A DNA stretch of 61,800 nt, counting the filler. It is 4 parts of 4 records of this genome, joined end to end, with 100 filler letters (N's around TTAATTAATTAA, not from the genome) between each part and the next. Parts side by side here need not be neighbours in the genome. Positions count along the whole stretch, not along the records: positions 21,980 to 32,574 come from SRR2962707_2613; positions 32,675 to 54,398 come from SRR2962707_2614; 2 more parts are not named here. One strand, given 5' to 3'. The stretch's first letter is position 1. Every line of letters starts with the position of its first letter. Positions 28,475-40,217 of this stretch are shown piece after piece. A program made the translations under genes and the position numbers. Below the pieces are notes generated by a model. It did not search any database, had not been told where the DNA came from, and was given only the letters and a program-made list of their open reading frames with translations.

Positions 28475-30966
28475 GGGTTGTGGCTCCTGTCTTTGTGCGC
28501 AAGCGGGGGCTGATACCTCCGCAGGCGCAGGGCGTTGGTGACCACGCAGACGCTGGAGAGCGCCATGGCGCCCGCCGCCAGCATGGGCGAAAGCAGAATG
28601 CCGAAAGCCGGAAACAGCACACCCGCGGCGACCGGGATCAACAGCGCGTTGTAGCCGAAGGCCCAGCCGAGGTTTTGCCGGATATTGGCCATCGTGGCGC
28701 GGGAAATGGCGATGGCCTGCACGGCGGCACGCACATCGCCCCCCACCAGAACCACGCCGGCGCTTTCGATGGCCACATCGGTTCCCGTGCCAATGGCGAT
28801 GCCCACATCGGCGACGGCCAGTGCCGGGGCATCGTTTATGCCATCGCCAACGAAGGCGATCTTGCGGCCGTCTGCCTTGAGCGCTTCAATGGCTGCGACC
28901 TTGCCCTCGGGCAGCACTTCGGCCACCATGTGATCGATGCCGATCTGCTCTGCTATGGCCTTCGCCGTGTGCGCATTGTCGCCGGTTATCATCGCGACCT
29001 GCAGCCCCATTGCGTGCAACTGGGCAATCGTTTCAGCGCTTGTCGATTTGATGGGATCGGCCACGGCGACAATGGCGGCCAGCCTGCCGTCGATGGCGGC
29101 AAAAAGCGGGCTCTTGCCCTCGCGGCCCAGCCTTTCGATGTCAGGCGCGAATGCACCCACATCGATACCGAGCCGCTCCATGTAACGGTCAGCGCCGATC
29201 TCGACCTTCCGGCCCGATGCGCTTGCGGTAACGCCGAAACCGGGTACCGAGTCGAACTCCGCGATGTCGGGCAACGTCAAATCCCGGTCGCGGGCCGCCG
29301 TAACAATGGCCTGGGCAATCGGATGTTCGGAGCTGGCTTCTACCGAAGCGATGAGCGAGAGCACGTCGTCTTCCTCGAACCCGTCGGACACGATCAGGTC
29401 CGTCAACTCCGGCACACCCTTGGTGAGCGTTCCGGTCTTGTCGAAGGCGACGATTCCAACCGAATGGAGAAGCTGAAGCGCTTCGCCCTTGCGGAACAGC
29501 ACGCCCAGTTCAGCCGCCCTGCCCGTTCCGACCATGATCGAGGTCGGCGTGGCCAGCCCCATGGCGCACGGGCAGGCAATGATGAGCACCGCGACGGCAT
29601 TGACGAGCGCGAAGGTGTAAGCGGGATCGGGACCGAAAATGGCCCAGACGACAAATGTCAGCGCCGCGATTGCCATGACGGCCGGAACGAACCACGCGGT
29701 CACCCGATCGACCAGCGCCTGGATGGGCAGCTTGGAGCCCTGTGCCTGTTCGACCAACTTGATGATCTGGGCGAGCATCGTATCCCCGCCGATCTTTGTA
29801 ACCTCGAACCGGAAGCTGCCTGTGGTGTTGATCGTACCGCCGATCACGGTATCGCCTCCGGCTTTCGCAACAGGCACCGGCTCGCCCGAAATCATCGCCT
29901 CATCGACAAAGGAAATGCCTTCAGTCACCGTTCCGTCGACCGGGATTTTCTCGCCCGGACGGATCACGACGACATCGCCAACCACGACCTGATCGAGTGT
30001 AATTTCAGGAGGCTCGCCATTGCGCAGCACACGGGCCGATTTTGCCTGCAATCCGACCAGCCGCTTTATGGCGTCGCTGGTCCGTCCCTTGGCGCGCGCT
30101 TCAAGCAGGCGACCGACAAGAATGAGCGTAACGATTACCGCTGCCGCTTCGAAATAGATGTTGCGCGAGGTTTCGGGCAGAAGCTGCGGGGCAAAGGTGA
30201 CAACGCTCGAATAGAGGTATGCGGCACCCGCACCCAGCGCAACGAGCGAATTCATGTCCGGCGCGCGCCGGAAAAGCGCGGGGACGCCCTTGATGAAAAA
30301 GCGGCGGCCCGGACCGAACAGCACGGCGCTGGCCAGCACGAAATAGGCCAGATAGAGCCAATTGGCCGGCACGACGCCCATCAGCCAGTGGTGAAAAGGC
30401 TGATAGAGGTGGCCGCCCATTTCCAGCACGAACAGTGGCAAGGTCAGGATCGCGGAGATGACCACGTCGCGCTGGAGTGCGCTGATTTCGTTGGCCTTTG
30501 CCTGTTCGCGGGTTTGCGCCTGCCGGTCCGACAGACGATGGGGTGTGTATCCGGCGGTTCTTATGGCCGCTTCCACCTCAGAAAGACCGGCCTCTCCGCC
30601 CAAAATGTCGAGCGTTGCTTTTTCCGTAGCCAGATTGACCGAAGCGGAAACGACACCCGGTGCTGCGGCCAGGACGTTTTCGACTCGTTTGACGCAGGAC
30701 GCACACGTCATGCCCTCGATGCCGATCTCCAGTCGTGCAACTTGCAGGTCGTACCCGGCATCCTTGATCGCCGCGCGCAGAGCAGCTGCGTCGAAATCGG
30801 GAGATGGACTGATTGCCAGTGTTTCGTTGGCAAAGTTGGCGTGCGCTTCAAGAACGCCCGGCAGTCTGGCGGCAGCCGCCTCCGCGCGGGTGACGCAGGA
30901 GGCGCAGCTCATGCCTTCGACTGGAAATGTCAGCGTGGCCGATTGGCGGGAAACTGGGGCGTTCAT
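28471..30966 (-). CDS. copA: Cu(I)-translocating P1B-type ATPase
   Basis: Two GMxCASC domains, CPC, DKTGT, SEHP, GDGIND, YN and MALSS motifs. Confidence 0.96.
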   Translation of the reverse strand: MNAPVSRQSATLTFPVEGMSCASCVTRAEAAAARLPGVLEAHANFANETLAISPSPDFDAAALRAAIKDAGYDLQVARLEIGIEGMTCASCVKRVENVLAAAPGVVSASVNLATEKATLDILGGEAGLSEVEAAIRTAGYTPHRLSDRQAQTREQAKANEISALQRDVVISAILTLPLFVLEMGGHLYQPFHHWLMGVVPANWLYLAYFVLASAVLFGPGRRFFIKGVPALFRRAPDMNSLVALGAGAAYLYSSVVTFAPQLLPETSRNIYFEAAAVIVTLILVGRLLEARAKGRTSDAIKRLVGLQAKSARVLRNGEPPEITLDQVVVGDVVVIRPGEKIPVDGTVTEGISFVDEAMISGEPVPVAKAGGDTVIGGTINTTGSFRFEVTKIGGDTMLAQIIKLVEQAQGSKLPIQALVDRVTAWFVPAVMAIAALTFVVWAIFGPDPAYTFALVNAVAVLIIACPCAMGLATPTSIMVGTGRAAELGVLFRKGEALQLLHSVGIVAFDKTGTLTKGVPELTDLIVSDGFEEDDVLSLIASVEASSEHPIAQAIVTAARDRDLTLPDIAEFDSVPGFGVTASASGRKVEIGADRYMERLGIDVGAFAPDIERLGREGKSPLFAAIDGRLAAIVAVADPIKSTSAETIAQLHAMGLQVAMITGDNAHTAKAIAEQIGIDHMVAEVLPEGKVAAIEALKADGRKIAFVGDGINDAPALAVADVGIAIGTGTDVAIESAGVVLVGGDVRAAVQAIAISRATMANIRQNLGWAFGYNALLIPVAAGVLFPAFGILLSPMLAAGAMALSSVCVVTNALRLRRYQPPLAHKDRSHNP

Positions 30967-30992
30967 GGCTTTATCCTTGATAATGTAAAGCC

Positions 30993-31023
30993 ACGCTAAG
31001 GCTTCCCATTATGGTAAGGTCAA
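30993..31023 (-). promoter_or_regulatory. CueR-dependent promoter
   Basis: TTGACC-N19-TAGCGT with dyad CTTACCAT-A-ATGGGAAG; the 19-bp spacer is typical of MerR promoters. Confidence 0.88.
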
Positions 31024-31052
31024 GCACCGATATAGACCTGCCGGGACAATAA

Positions 31053-31739
31053 TTACAGGGCGAAAATTGCGCTGGTGGCACAGTTGCGGACACGATCGAC
31101 GCGGGTGCCGTCCCAATGGAAATCGAAATGGTCTCCCTGCACCGGGATGCCCATGAGGTCGGGCCAGAAGATGCCGATGCATTCGCCGCCCGGCGCACGC
31201 ACGCTGCGGTAGATCACGCCATTGCTGGCTGAAGCGCGCAGCGTTCTGGCGAGTGCCTGTGGCGGGCCGTAATCGTCCGGGCGGTGGCAATCGGGGCGCT
31301 CGCGCACATCGTGCAGATCGAGATCGAGCGCGTTGACCAGAACGCGGAATTGCGAGGTCCAGCCCGGCCCTTCAGCGGTCGCCGCCATGGCGATGGAATG
31401 ATGGTGGGCAACTTCGCGAATGGCCACCTCCTCGCTGCTGCCGGCGCTGTAAACGCCGTAGGTTCCGTCGGTAAAGCGGCCCGGCCTATCGGTGCTGACA
31501 TGGACGAAGGGCGCCATCAGCCAGCTTGCCCCCTGCCCGGCCACGCGGCGCGACGGTGGAATAAGATCGAGCCGGCCCAGATGCTCCCAGACGCGGGGAT
31601 TGGTCTTGGACTCCGCCGAGGCCAGCGCTTCCCAATCGGCAGGGTCGGCGATATCCTCGAACAGGTCGATGGGCGGATAGATGGTGCGGATGATCCGAAA
31701 CGCCCGGCTCCACTGAACGCGGGTAACCGGAACACTCAC
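31053..31739 (-). CDS. RES-domain toxin
   Basis: YPPIDLFE, GRFTDGTYGVY, AIREVAHH, GVIYRSVR. Confidence 0.9.
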   Translation of the reverse strand: MSVPVTRVQWSRAFRIIRTIYPPIDLFEDIADPADWEALASAESKTNPRVWEHLGRLDLIPPSRRVAGQGASWLMAPFVHVSTDRPGRFTDGTYGVYSAGSSEEVAIREVAHHHSIAMAATAEGPGWTSQFRVLVNALDLDLHDVRERPDCHRPDDYGPPQALARTLRASASNGVIYRSVRAPGGECIGIFWPDLMGIPVQGDHFDFHWDGTRVDRVRNCATSAIFAL

Positions 31740-32146
31740 CAGCCGCCCCGCTCGGCGTCGAGATAGCTGCGGATGCGGGCCAGCGCAAAAATGGAGCCCT
31801 CCGCCATTATATCGACAGGGGTACGGCCAGCGAGCGCCGTGTTGGGCTTTTTGACCCAGGCATAACCGCGCGCCGGATCGGTAAAGAGATAACGCAGCCC
31901 CTTGTGGATGCCCATGAGCAGCGACAGGCGGGTTGCCAGATCGCGATCGATGCGCCCCACCTCACCTGCTTTCCAACGGGCATAGGTGCGGGCAGCGAGA
32001 CCGCCGAGGATTTCGCGCGCCTCGGCATCGGTAAGGTCCCAGCGGGCAAACAGGTTCACAACCGTCCGCGCCATGGCGGCAGCTTCGGTCGCCGTGATCT
32101 GGGGACGCTCGGGCGTGGCATCGGCTCTGGGCAGTTCGTGCAACAT
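31736..32146 (-). CDS. Xre/MbcA/ParS-like antitoxin
   Basis: HTH followed by WVKKPN...GRTPVD...YLDAERGG; stop overlaps the RES start. Confidence 0.9.
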   Translation of the reverse strand: MLHELPRADATPERPQITATEAAAMARTVVNLFARWDLTDAEAREILGGLAARTYARWKAGEVGRIDRDLATRLSLLMGIHKGLRYLFTDPARGYAWVKKPNTALAGRTPVDIMAEGSIFALARIRSYLDAERGGW

Positions 32147-32164
32147 GATCTTACCTCTTGGCGT

Positions 32165-32193
32165 AAAATAGGCATTTTAATGCCATTTGGCAA
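32165..32193 (-). promoter_or_regulatory. TA operon promoter with autoregulatory palindromes
   Basis: TTGCCA-N17-TATTTT with overlapping dyads TGCCA-AA-TGGCA and GGCATT-AA-AATGCC. Confidence 0.65.
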
Positions 32194-32269
32194 GATCGAG
32201 CACAGAAGTAGCTGTTTGACGACAACGAGACAGCTAGGAGCCGCAATACGAAAGCGCCCTTTCCTCTTG

Positions 32270-32362
32270 CGCTTCCCCGGCGAAAGCCGGGGTCCATGAG
32301 AACGGCTGCAAGCGCCGGTGTATCGGTTCGCGCTCATGGACCCCGGCTTTCGCCGGGGCAGC
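32270..32362. repeat. REP-like inverted-repeat element, family 1 copy B
   Basis: GCTTCCCCGGCGAAAGCCGGGGTCCATGAG...CTCATGGACCCCGGCTTTCGCCGGGGCAGC. Confidence 0.85.
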
Positions 32363-32406
32363 AACCGAGAGGGACGACATGCGGTTCCGCTAAAACCCGA
32401 ACCGCC

Positions 32407-32574
32407 CTAAAACAGAAGCTCTGAGGTGACTTCGAGAGCCTTGTCATCGCGCACGGCGATATCGCCTTCGAGACGATGGGCGGCGAGCGTCCGGTCACGC
32501 TCGTGGATCAGCGCCTGGATCTCATCGTCATAAGCGGCCAGCACCGCCGTCAGCCAGCGATTGACCAGATAGGA
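32407..32574 (-). CDS. 3' end of a hypothetical protein, truncated by the contig edge
   Basis: Open frame SYLVNRWLTAVLAAYDDEIQALIHERD...ELLF* with coding-like codon usage. Confidence 0.55.
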   Translation of the reverse strand, partial: SYLVNRWLTAVLAAYDDEIQALIHERDRTLAAHRLEGDIAVRDDKALEVTSELLF

Positions 32575-32674
32575 NNNNNNNNNNNNNNNNNNNNNNNNNN
32601 NNNNNNNNNNNNNNNNNNTTAATTAATTAANNNNNNNNNNNNNNNNNNNNNNNNNNNNNNNNNNNNNNNNNNNN
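32575..32674. other. Artificial contig linker
   Basis: N-runs around TTAATTAATTAA. Confidence 0.98.
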
Positions 32675-33490
32675 TATGCGCTCTATCCGCATATGAGCGT
32701 GGAACAGAATATTGGGTTTTCCCTGCGGATGGCTGGGCTCAACCGGTCACAGATAGCAACCCGGGTGGCCGCAGCAGCGGCGAGCCTGCAGCTCGAGCCC
32801 TTGATGAAGCGCAAGCCGGCAGAACTATCCGGCGGCCAGCGGCAGCGTGTGGCGATCGGGCGGGCGATTGTACGCAATCCCGAAGTATTCCTGTTCGACG
32901 AGCCATTGAGCAATCTGGACGCTGAACTGCGCGTCTCCATGCGCGTTGAGATCGCCAAGCTGCACCGGCAGTTGGGATCAACCATGATCTACGTGACCCA
33001 TGACCAGACCGAGGCCATGACACTTGCGGACAAGATCGTGGTGATGCGGGCGGGAAAGATCGAGCAGGAAGGCACCCCCGAGGCCCTCTACGAGGATCCG
33101 GTGAACATGTTTGTCGCCGGGTTCATTGGATCGCCGCGGATGAATTTCCTGCCGGGTACGGCAGGAGATGGCCAGGTGACGCTGGCAGACGGCACGCGCT
33201 TTGCCGTTGCCGGGCTCGCAGCAAAGGGCTCGGTTACGCTCGGGATCCGGCCAGAGCATTTTGTCGTCGCGCAGGGCGGCGAAACGCCCATGGAAATGGT
33301 TGTTGACGTGGTCGAGAACCTCGGTGGGACCCGGTTTCTTTATGGTGCGCTAGCCTCGGGGGAAGCCCTGGTCATTGAGGCCCGTGATCAGGCCGGCATT
33401 CGCTCGGGGGACAAGGTGGCCATTGGCGTCCAACCCGACAAAACCTTTGCCTTTGACGGTGACGGCAATCGGCTACGCGCAAACAGCTAA
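32675..33490 (+). CDS. Sugar ABC transporter ATP-binding protein (MalK/UgpC type), 5' truncated
   Basis: [36 protein letters not shown]. Confidence 0.93.
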   Translation, partial: YALYPHMSVEQNIGFSLRMAGLNRSQIATRVAAAAASLQLEPLMKRKPAELSGGQRQRVAIGRAIVRNPEVFLFDEPLSNLDAELRVSMRVEIAKLHRQLGSTMIYVTHDQTEAMTLADKIVVMRAGKIEQEGTPEALYEDPVNMFVAGFIGSPRMNFLPGTAGDGQVTLADGTRFAVAGLAAKGSVTLGIRPEHFVVAQGGETPMEMVVDVVENLGGTRFLYGALASGEALVIEARDQAGIRSGDKVAIGVQPDKTFAFDGDGNRLRANS

Positions 33491-33505
33491 AGACCATTGG
33501 AGACT

Positions 33506-35743
33506 ATGATGAGTGATCTTGAGCTCTGGTACAAAACACCAGCGGCGGAGTGGACCGATGCCTTGCCCCTGGGCAATGGCCGCCTGGGCGCCATGGTATT
33601 TGGCGGCGTTCCGCGCGACGAGTTCCAGCTCAATGAGGACACGCTGTGGAGCGGCGGGCCATATCAGCCCGCCAATCAGGACGCACGGGCTCATCTGGAC
33701 ACTGTTCGGGAGCACATATTTGCTGGCCGATACGCGCAAGCGCAGTCCTTGGCCAACCAGCACCTGATGGGACGTCCCTATCTGGAAATGTCCTATCAGC
33801 CGGCGGGCCATCTCTATCTGGATGTGGCCCACGATGCGCTGTTTGAGAATTACCGGCGCTCGCTGGATCTCGACACGGCAGTGACGCGCACGGTCTACCA
33901 ATCGGGCGGCGTGGCATTCAGGCGTGATGCCTTCGTATCGGCGGCCGATGGGCTATTGGTTGTGCGGATCTCCGCTGATGCGCCGGGAGCCGTCAATGTA
34001 GGTGTGGAATTGACCAGCCCACAACATGGGATCTCGTCGGCTGACCCGGATGGTATTGTGCGGTTCGCCGGGCATAACCGAAGCGAACATGGCGTTGATG
34101 GCGCTTTGCGGTTTGCAATGCGAGCCAAGGTGCAGGCGGAGGGTGGCACAAAGTCAGTGGTCGGCGCTCAATTGCGCGTAAGCGACGCAGACTCCGTGTT
34201 GATCCTGCTCGACATCGCCACCAGCTTTGTGCGCTACGACGACGTCTCGGGTGATCCTGAGATGTCGATTGATGCCCGCATGGATGCCGCGGGAGGTAAG
34301 AGCTTCGATACGTTGCTCATGGCCCATATTGCCGAGCACCAGTGCCTGTTCCGGCGCATGGGCATAGATCTGGGGCGCACTGAATCCGCCGACTTGCCGA
34401 CCAATGAACGTATTGCCGGTTTTGATGAAGGGGACGATCCCGCTCTGGCGTCGCTCTACGTCCAGTATGGCCGGTATTTGATGATTACCAGCAGTCGCCC
34501 CGGAACCCAGCCGTCAACCCTGCAGGGTATCTGGAACAAGGAAACCCGGCCGCCCTGGGGCAGCAAATACACCACCAATATCAACCTGCAGATGAACTAC
34601 TGGTTGCCCGATCGCGCCAATCTGGCGGCGTGTTTTGAGCCGGTACTGGCGTTGCTGGAGGATATTGCAGTCACCGGGCAGGTGATGGCGCAGAGCCATT
34701 ACGGGGCGCGTGGCTGGGTACTGCACCACAATACTGATCTGTGGCGGGCGACGGGACCGGTCGATGGTGCTCAGTGGGGGCTGTGGCCAACAGGCGGCGC
34801 GTGGATTTGCGCGCAGGCCTGGGAACATGTGGCCTATGAGGGCTTTCCAGCTGAATTGGTAACGCGCCTGTATCCAATTCTTAAAGGCGCCGCTGAATTT
34901 TTCGTCGACACGCTTGTCGAGCTGCCGGGCACCAGTCACCTCGTGACCAATCCTTCGCTGTCGCCTGAAAATGTCCATCCGATGGGCGCGTCGATCTGTG
35001 CAGGACCCGCAATGGACAGTCAGATCTTGCGCGATCTTTTCGACGCAACAATCGCAGCAGCGGGGCGGCTTGGTGTTGATCGGGAGTTGGTTGAGACCCT
35101 TGGAGCGACACGTGACAGGCTACCGGAAGACCGGATCGGTGCGGCAGGGCAATTGCAGGAGTGGCTGGAGGATTGGGATATGGATGTGCCCGAGATTCAC
35201 CATCGCCACGTCTCCCACCTTTACGGGCTTTATCCGAGCCAACAGATCACTGCAGAAGAGACCCCCGCACTGTTTGACGCCGCGCGGCGGTCGCTGGAAA
35301 TCCGAGGCGACGATGCCACGGGCTGGGGGATTGGCTGGCGGATCAATCTGTGGGCGCGCCTGCGCGATGGTGACCACGCTCATGATGTGTTGCGGCGACT
35401 GCTGCATCCCGAGCGCAGCTACACCAATCTGTTTGACGCGCATCCTCCGTTTCAGATCGATGGCAATTTTGGTGGAGCCGCCGGTATTCTCGAGATGATC
35501 GTGCAATCTTCTGAGAAGGGCATCCGGCTTCTGCCCGCTTTGCCGAGTTGCTGGCCTGCGGGAAGTCTGCAGGGCATGCGGGTTTATGGTGGCATCGAGC
35601 TTGATATGGCCTGGTCGCGGGGCAAGGTCACAGCGCTCTGTTTGACGTCGCAAGCTGACCGGGACGTGGTTGTCGCCGTTGGCGACGCGATGCAGACCTT
35701 CAAGCTGGCTGCGGGTGTCTCAACTGATTGCGTGATTGCCTGA
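33506..35743 (+). CDS. GH95 alpha-L-fucosidase-like glycoside hydrolase
   Basis: ALPLGNGRLG, NINLQMNYW, HRHVSHL, HPPFQIDGNFG. Confidence 0.93.
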   Translation: MMSDLELWYKTPAAEWTDALPLGNGRLGAMVFGGVPRDEFQLNEDTLWSGGPYQPANQDARAHLDTVREHIFAGRYAQAQSLANQHLMGRPYLEMSYQPAGHLYLDVAHDALFENYRRSLDLDTAVTRTVYQSGGVAFRRDAFVSAADGLLVVRISADAPGAVNVGVELTSPQHGISSADPDGIVRFAGHNRSEHGVDGALRFAMRAKVQAEGGTKSVVGAQLRVSDADSVLILLDIATSFVRYDDVSGDPEMSIDARMDAAGGKSFDTLLMAHIAEHQCLFRRMGIDLGRTESADLPTNERIAGFDEGDDPALASLYVQYGRYLMITSSRPGTQPSTLQGIWNKETRPPWGSKYTTNINLQMNYWLPDRANLAACFEPVLALLEDIAVTGQVMAQSHYGARGWVLHHNTDLWRATGPVDGAQWGLWPTGGAWICAQAWEHVAYEGFPAELVTRLYPILKGAAEFFVDTLVELPGTSHLVTNPSLSPENVHPMGASICAGPAMDSQILRDLFDATIAAAGRLGVDRELVETLGATRDRLPEDRIGAAGQLQEWLEDWDMDVPEIHHRHVSHLYGLYPSQQITAEETPALFDAARRSLEIRGDDATGWGIGWRINLWARLRDGDHAHDVLRRLLHPERSYTNLFDAHPPFQIDGNFGGAAGILEMIVQSSEKGIRLLPALPSCWPAGSLQGMRVYGGIELDMAWSRGKVTALCLTSQADRDVVVAVGDAMQTFKLAAGVSTDCVIA

Positions 35744-35805
35744 TTTCAGGATAGCGCCGGAGCGCGACTACTGCACCGTTGCGGTCGGCTGGCCTGTGAC
35801 AATGA

Positions 35806-35846
35806 TTGACGCAGATCAATAGGCGCCTGCTGCGGCGGTCTATGCT
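35806..35846 (+). promoter_or_regulatory. FNR/FixK box (35806-35819) with -10 element, upstream of the N-ATPase operon
   Basis: TTGAC-GCAG-ATCAA and TATGCT at 35841-35846; geometry fits a box centred near -41. Confidence 0.8.
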
Positions 35847-35882
35847 GTGCCTGCACAACGGCATCGGTTTGAACTGCGCTGA

Positions 35883-37780
<1,898 letters not shown>

Positions 37781-37788
<8 letters not shown>

Positions 37789-38116
37789 TGCTGACCGGGA
37801 CAAAGGCTCGGGGCCGACAGGATTTGTCGATCGTGTCGGGCGACAGGCCAGACGTCGCCTGAAGGTCCAGCGTGATGGCGAGCAGAACGTCTGGTTTGGC
37901 CTGGGCATGATGGGTTTGATCGGTTGGTCGATCGTGGTGCCCACCCTGCTTGGTGCCTTGTTAGGCCAGTGGCTGGACAGCCAGAGCGTGGGGGGCCGGT
38001 CGTGGACGCTGGCCTTGCTGGTCGCCGGGCTGGTGCTGGGCTGCTTGAACGCGTGGCACTGGGTATCCAACCAAGACAGAACGATGCGCGAGGAGGACCA
38101 CAATGACCATGAGTGA
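37781..38116 (+). CDS. atpQ: N-ATPase AtpQ (AtpI/AtpZ-like)
   Basis: WFGLGMMGLIGWSIVVPTLLG...WLD, GCLNAWHW. Confidence 0.85.
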
Positions 38117-38414
38117 TGCAGCGCCTGCAATTCTGTCGTCTTTGGCCGGCGCAGCATTGGGCGCGGTGTTCTTTATCGGGCTATGGTGGACAGTGCGGCA
38201 GCTGTTGACGGCGTCACAACCAGCCCTGCTGATGCTGGCAAGCATGCTGGGTCGGACGGGTCTGGTTTTGGGCGGGTTCTATCTGGTTGCCGACGGTTCC
38301 TGGCAACGTCTGTTGTTTTGCCTGGCGGGGTTTGTCGTGGCTCGCATGGTGGTGACACGATTGCTGCCAATGGAAACGCCGGGCACCGCAGCGGGGCACC
38401 ACGATGCGGCTTAG
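38103..38414 (+). CDS. atpR: N-ATPase AtpR
   Basis: GAVFFIGLWWTV; hydrophobic with intramembrane Arg residues (LGRT, VARM). Confidence 0.85.
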   Translation: MTMSDAAPAILSSLAGAALGAVFFIGLWWTVRQLLTASQPALLMLASMLGRTGLVLGGFYLVADGSWQRLLFCLAGFVVARMVVTRLLPMETPGTAAGHHDAA

Positions 38415-39111
38415 TCCCGACGAACTGGTGCTCTGGACCGTGGCGGGCGTCAACATCAATGCGACGCTGGTGTGTACCTGGGTTCTCATGGCGGTGCTGG
38501 CCCTGGGCTCGTTTGTCGTGACCCGAACGCTGACGACAGGCGAAGAACGGTCAAACTGGCAGAACCTGCTCGAAATTCTGGTCACGGGAATTCTGGATCA
38601 GATCCGGGAAATCGGACTGGAGCACCCGCGCAAGTACCTGCCTTTTCTGGGCACGTTGTTCCTGTTCATTGCGGCATCGAGCCTGTCGAGTATCGTTCCG
38701 ATGTTCGAGCCGCCAACGGGATCGCTGTCGACAACTTTTGCGCTGGCATTGTGCGTGTTTCTCGCCGTGCCGCTCTATGGCATTTCCGCGCGCGGTCTGG
38801 GGGGGTACCTCAAATCCTATATCGAGCCGACGGTGATCATGTTGCCGTTTAACGCCATCAGTGAAGTATCGCGCACCCTGGCGCTGGCGGTGCGCCTGTT
38901 CGGCAACATGATGAGTGGGGCGATGATCGTCGGCATTCTGATCAGCATCACCCCTTTGCTGTTCCCCATCGTCATGACGGCGCTGGGACTGCTCACCGGC
39001 ATGGTCCAGGCGTACATCTTCAGCATCCTGGCCGCGGTCTATATCGCAGCCGCCGCCAACCAACCTCAATCGTCAAAACAGCTACCGCCCGTCGCGTCCA
39101 ACGTGGTCTAG
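38404..39111 (+). CDS. atpB: N-ATPase a subunit
   Basis: SRTLALAVRLFGNM, QAYIF. Confidence 0.95.
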   Translation: MRLSPDELVLWTVAGVNINATLVCTWVLMAVLALGSFVVTRTLTTGEERSNWQNLLEILVTGILDQIREIGLEHPRKYLPFLGTLFLFIAASSLSSIVPMFEPPTGSLSTTFALALCVFLAVPLYGISARGLGGYLKSYIEPTVIMLPFNAISEVSRTLALAVRLFGNMMSGAMIVGILISITPLLFPIVMTALGLLTGMVQAYIFSILAAVYIAAAANQPQSSKQLPPVASNVV

Positions 39112-39137
39112 GCGCACAGGAACGAAAGGACTTTTCC

Positions 39138-39431
39138 ATGGACTATCTCGGTCTCGTCGCCATTGTCTCGATTGCCGTCGCAGGGATCACCACAGGGTTT
39201 GGCACCATGGCGCCCGCGCTGGCGGAAGGCCGCGCTGTCGCTACGGCGATGACGGCACTCGCCCAGCAACCCGATGCATCCCCGACCATTACCCGAACCC
39301 TGTTCGTTGGCCTGGCCATGATCGAGTCGACAGCCATCTACTGTTTCGTGGTTTCCATGATCTTGGTCTTTGCCAATCCGTTCTGGAATTATGCGCTGGC
39401 GATGGCTGCCGCCCAGGCAGCGGGGAACTAG
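39138..39431 (+). CDS. atpE: N-ATPase c subunit
   Basis: PALAEG, QQP loop, IESTAIY. Confidence 0.95.
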   Translation: MDYLGLVAIVSIAVAGITTGFGTMAPALAEGRAVATAMTALAQQPDASPTITRTLFVGLAMIESTAIYCFVVSMILVFANPFWNYALAMAAAQAAGN

Positions 39432-39434
39432 CCG

Positions 39435-40217
39435 ATGGAGATCGACTGGTTCACCATTGGTGCACAGATAGTCAACTTTCTGGTCCTGGTGTGGTTGCTT
39501 AAGCGGTTCCTCTACCAGCCCGTGCTCAACGCCATTGATCAACGCGAAAAGCGGATCGCAGCGGCCCTGGACGATGCAGCGTCAAGCAAGGCCGAGGCGG
39601 CCATTGAACGGGACGCGCTACAGGCCAAGAGTGCCGAGCTTGAGAATCAGCGGGCAGGCCTTCTCGCGCAGGCCGTCGCGGATGCGGATGCAGAGCGCAC
39701 GCGCTTGTCCAAGGCTGCTCGGGCCGAGGTTGAGACCACCAAGAAGCAGCAACGTTCTGCTCTGGTTCTGGACGCTGCAAACCTGAGCGCGGAGATTGCC
39801 CGGCGAGCGCAGAGCGAGGTATTTGCCATTTCGCACAAGGCTCTGGCGGATTTGGCAGACGAGACGCTTGAGGCACAACTGACCCGCCGTTTCGTCCGCA
39901 AGCTAGAGGCCCTCGACAAGTCCGACACGGCGACCGTGGTACAAATGCTTACATCAACTCGGGCGCCAGCGGTGATCCGATCCGCCTTCGCGCTTACGAG
40001 CGCTCAGAAGGCCAGGATCGGCAAGGCATTCTCGGCAGCACTAGGTATCGATGCACAACTTGAGTTCGAGATCGACGCGGATCTGATCAGCGGCATTGAA
40101 CTGGTCGGTGGTGGGCAAAAGCTGGCCTGGAGCGTGGCTGACTATCTCAAGACGCTGGAGAAGAGTGTCGGTGATTTGATGGGCCGCGATGCCCTGGGGA
40201 CTGGAGGGGCGGCATGA
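39435..40217 (+). CDS. atpF: N-ATPase b subunit with delta-like C-terminus
   Basis: [25 protein letters not shown], coiled coil, LISGIEL. Confidence 0.92.
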   Translation: MEIDWFTIGAQIVNFLVLVWLLKRFLYQPVLNAIDQREKRIAAALDDAASSKAEAAIERDALQAKSAELENQRAGLLAQAVADADAERTRLSKAARAEVETTKKQQRSALVLDAANLSAEIARRAQSEVFAISHKALADLADETLEAQLTRRFVRKLEALDKSDTATVVQMLTSTRAPAVIRSAFALTSAQKARIGKAFSAALGIDAQLEFEIDADLISGIELVGGGQKLAWSVADYLKTLEKSVGDLMGRDALGTGGAA

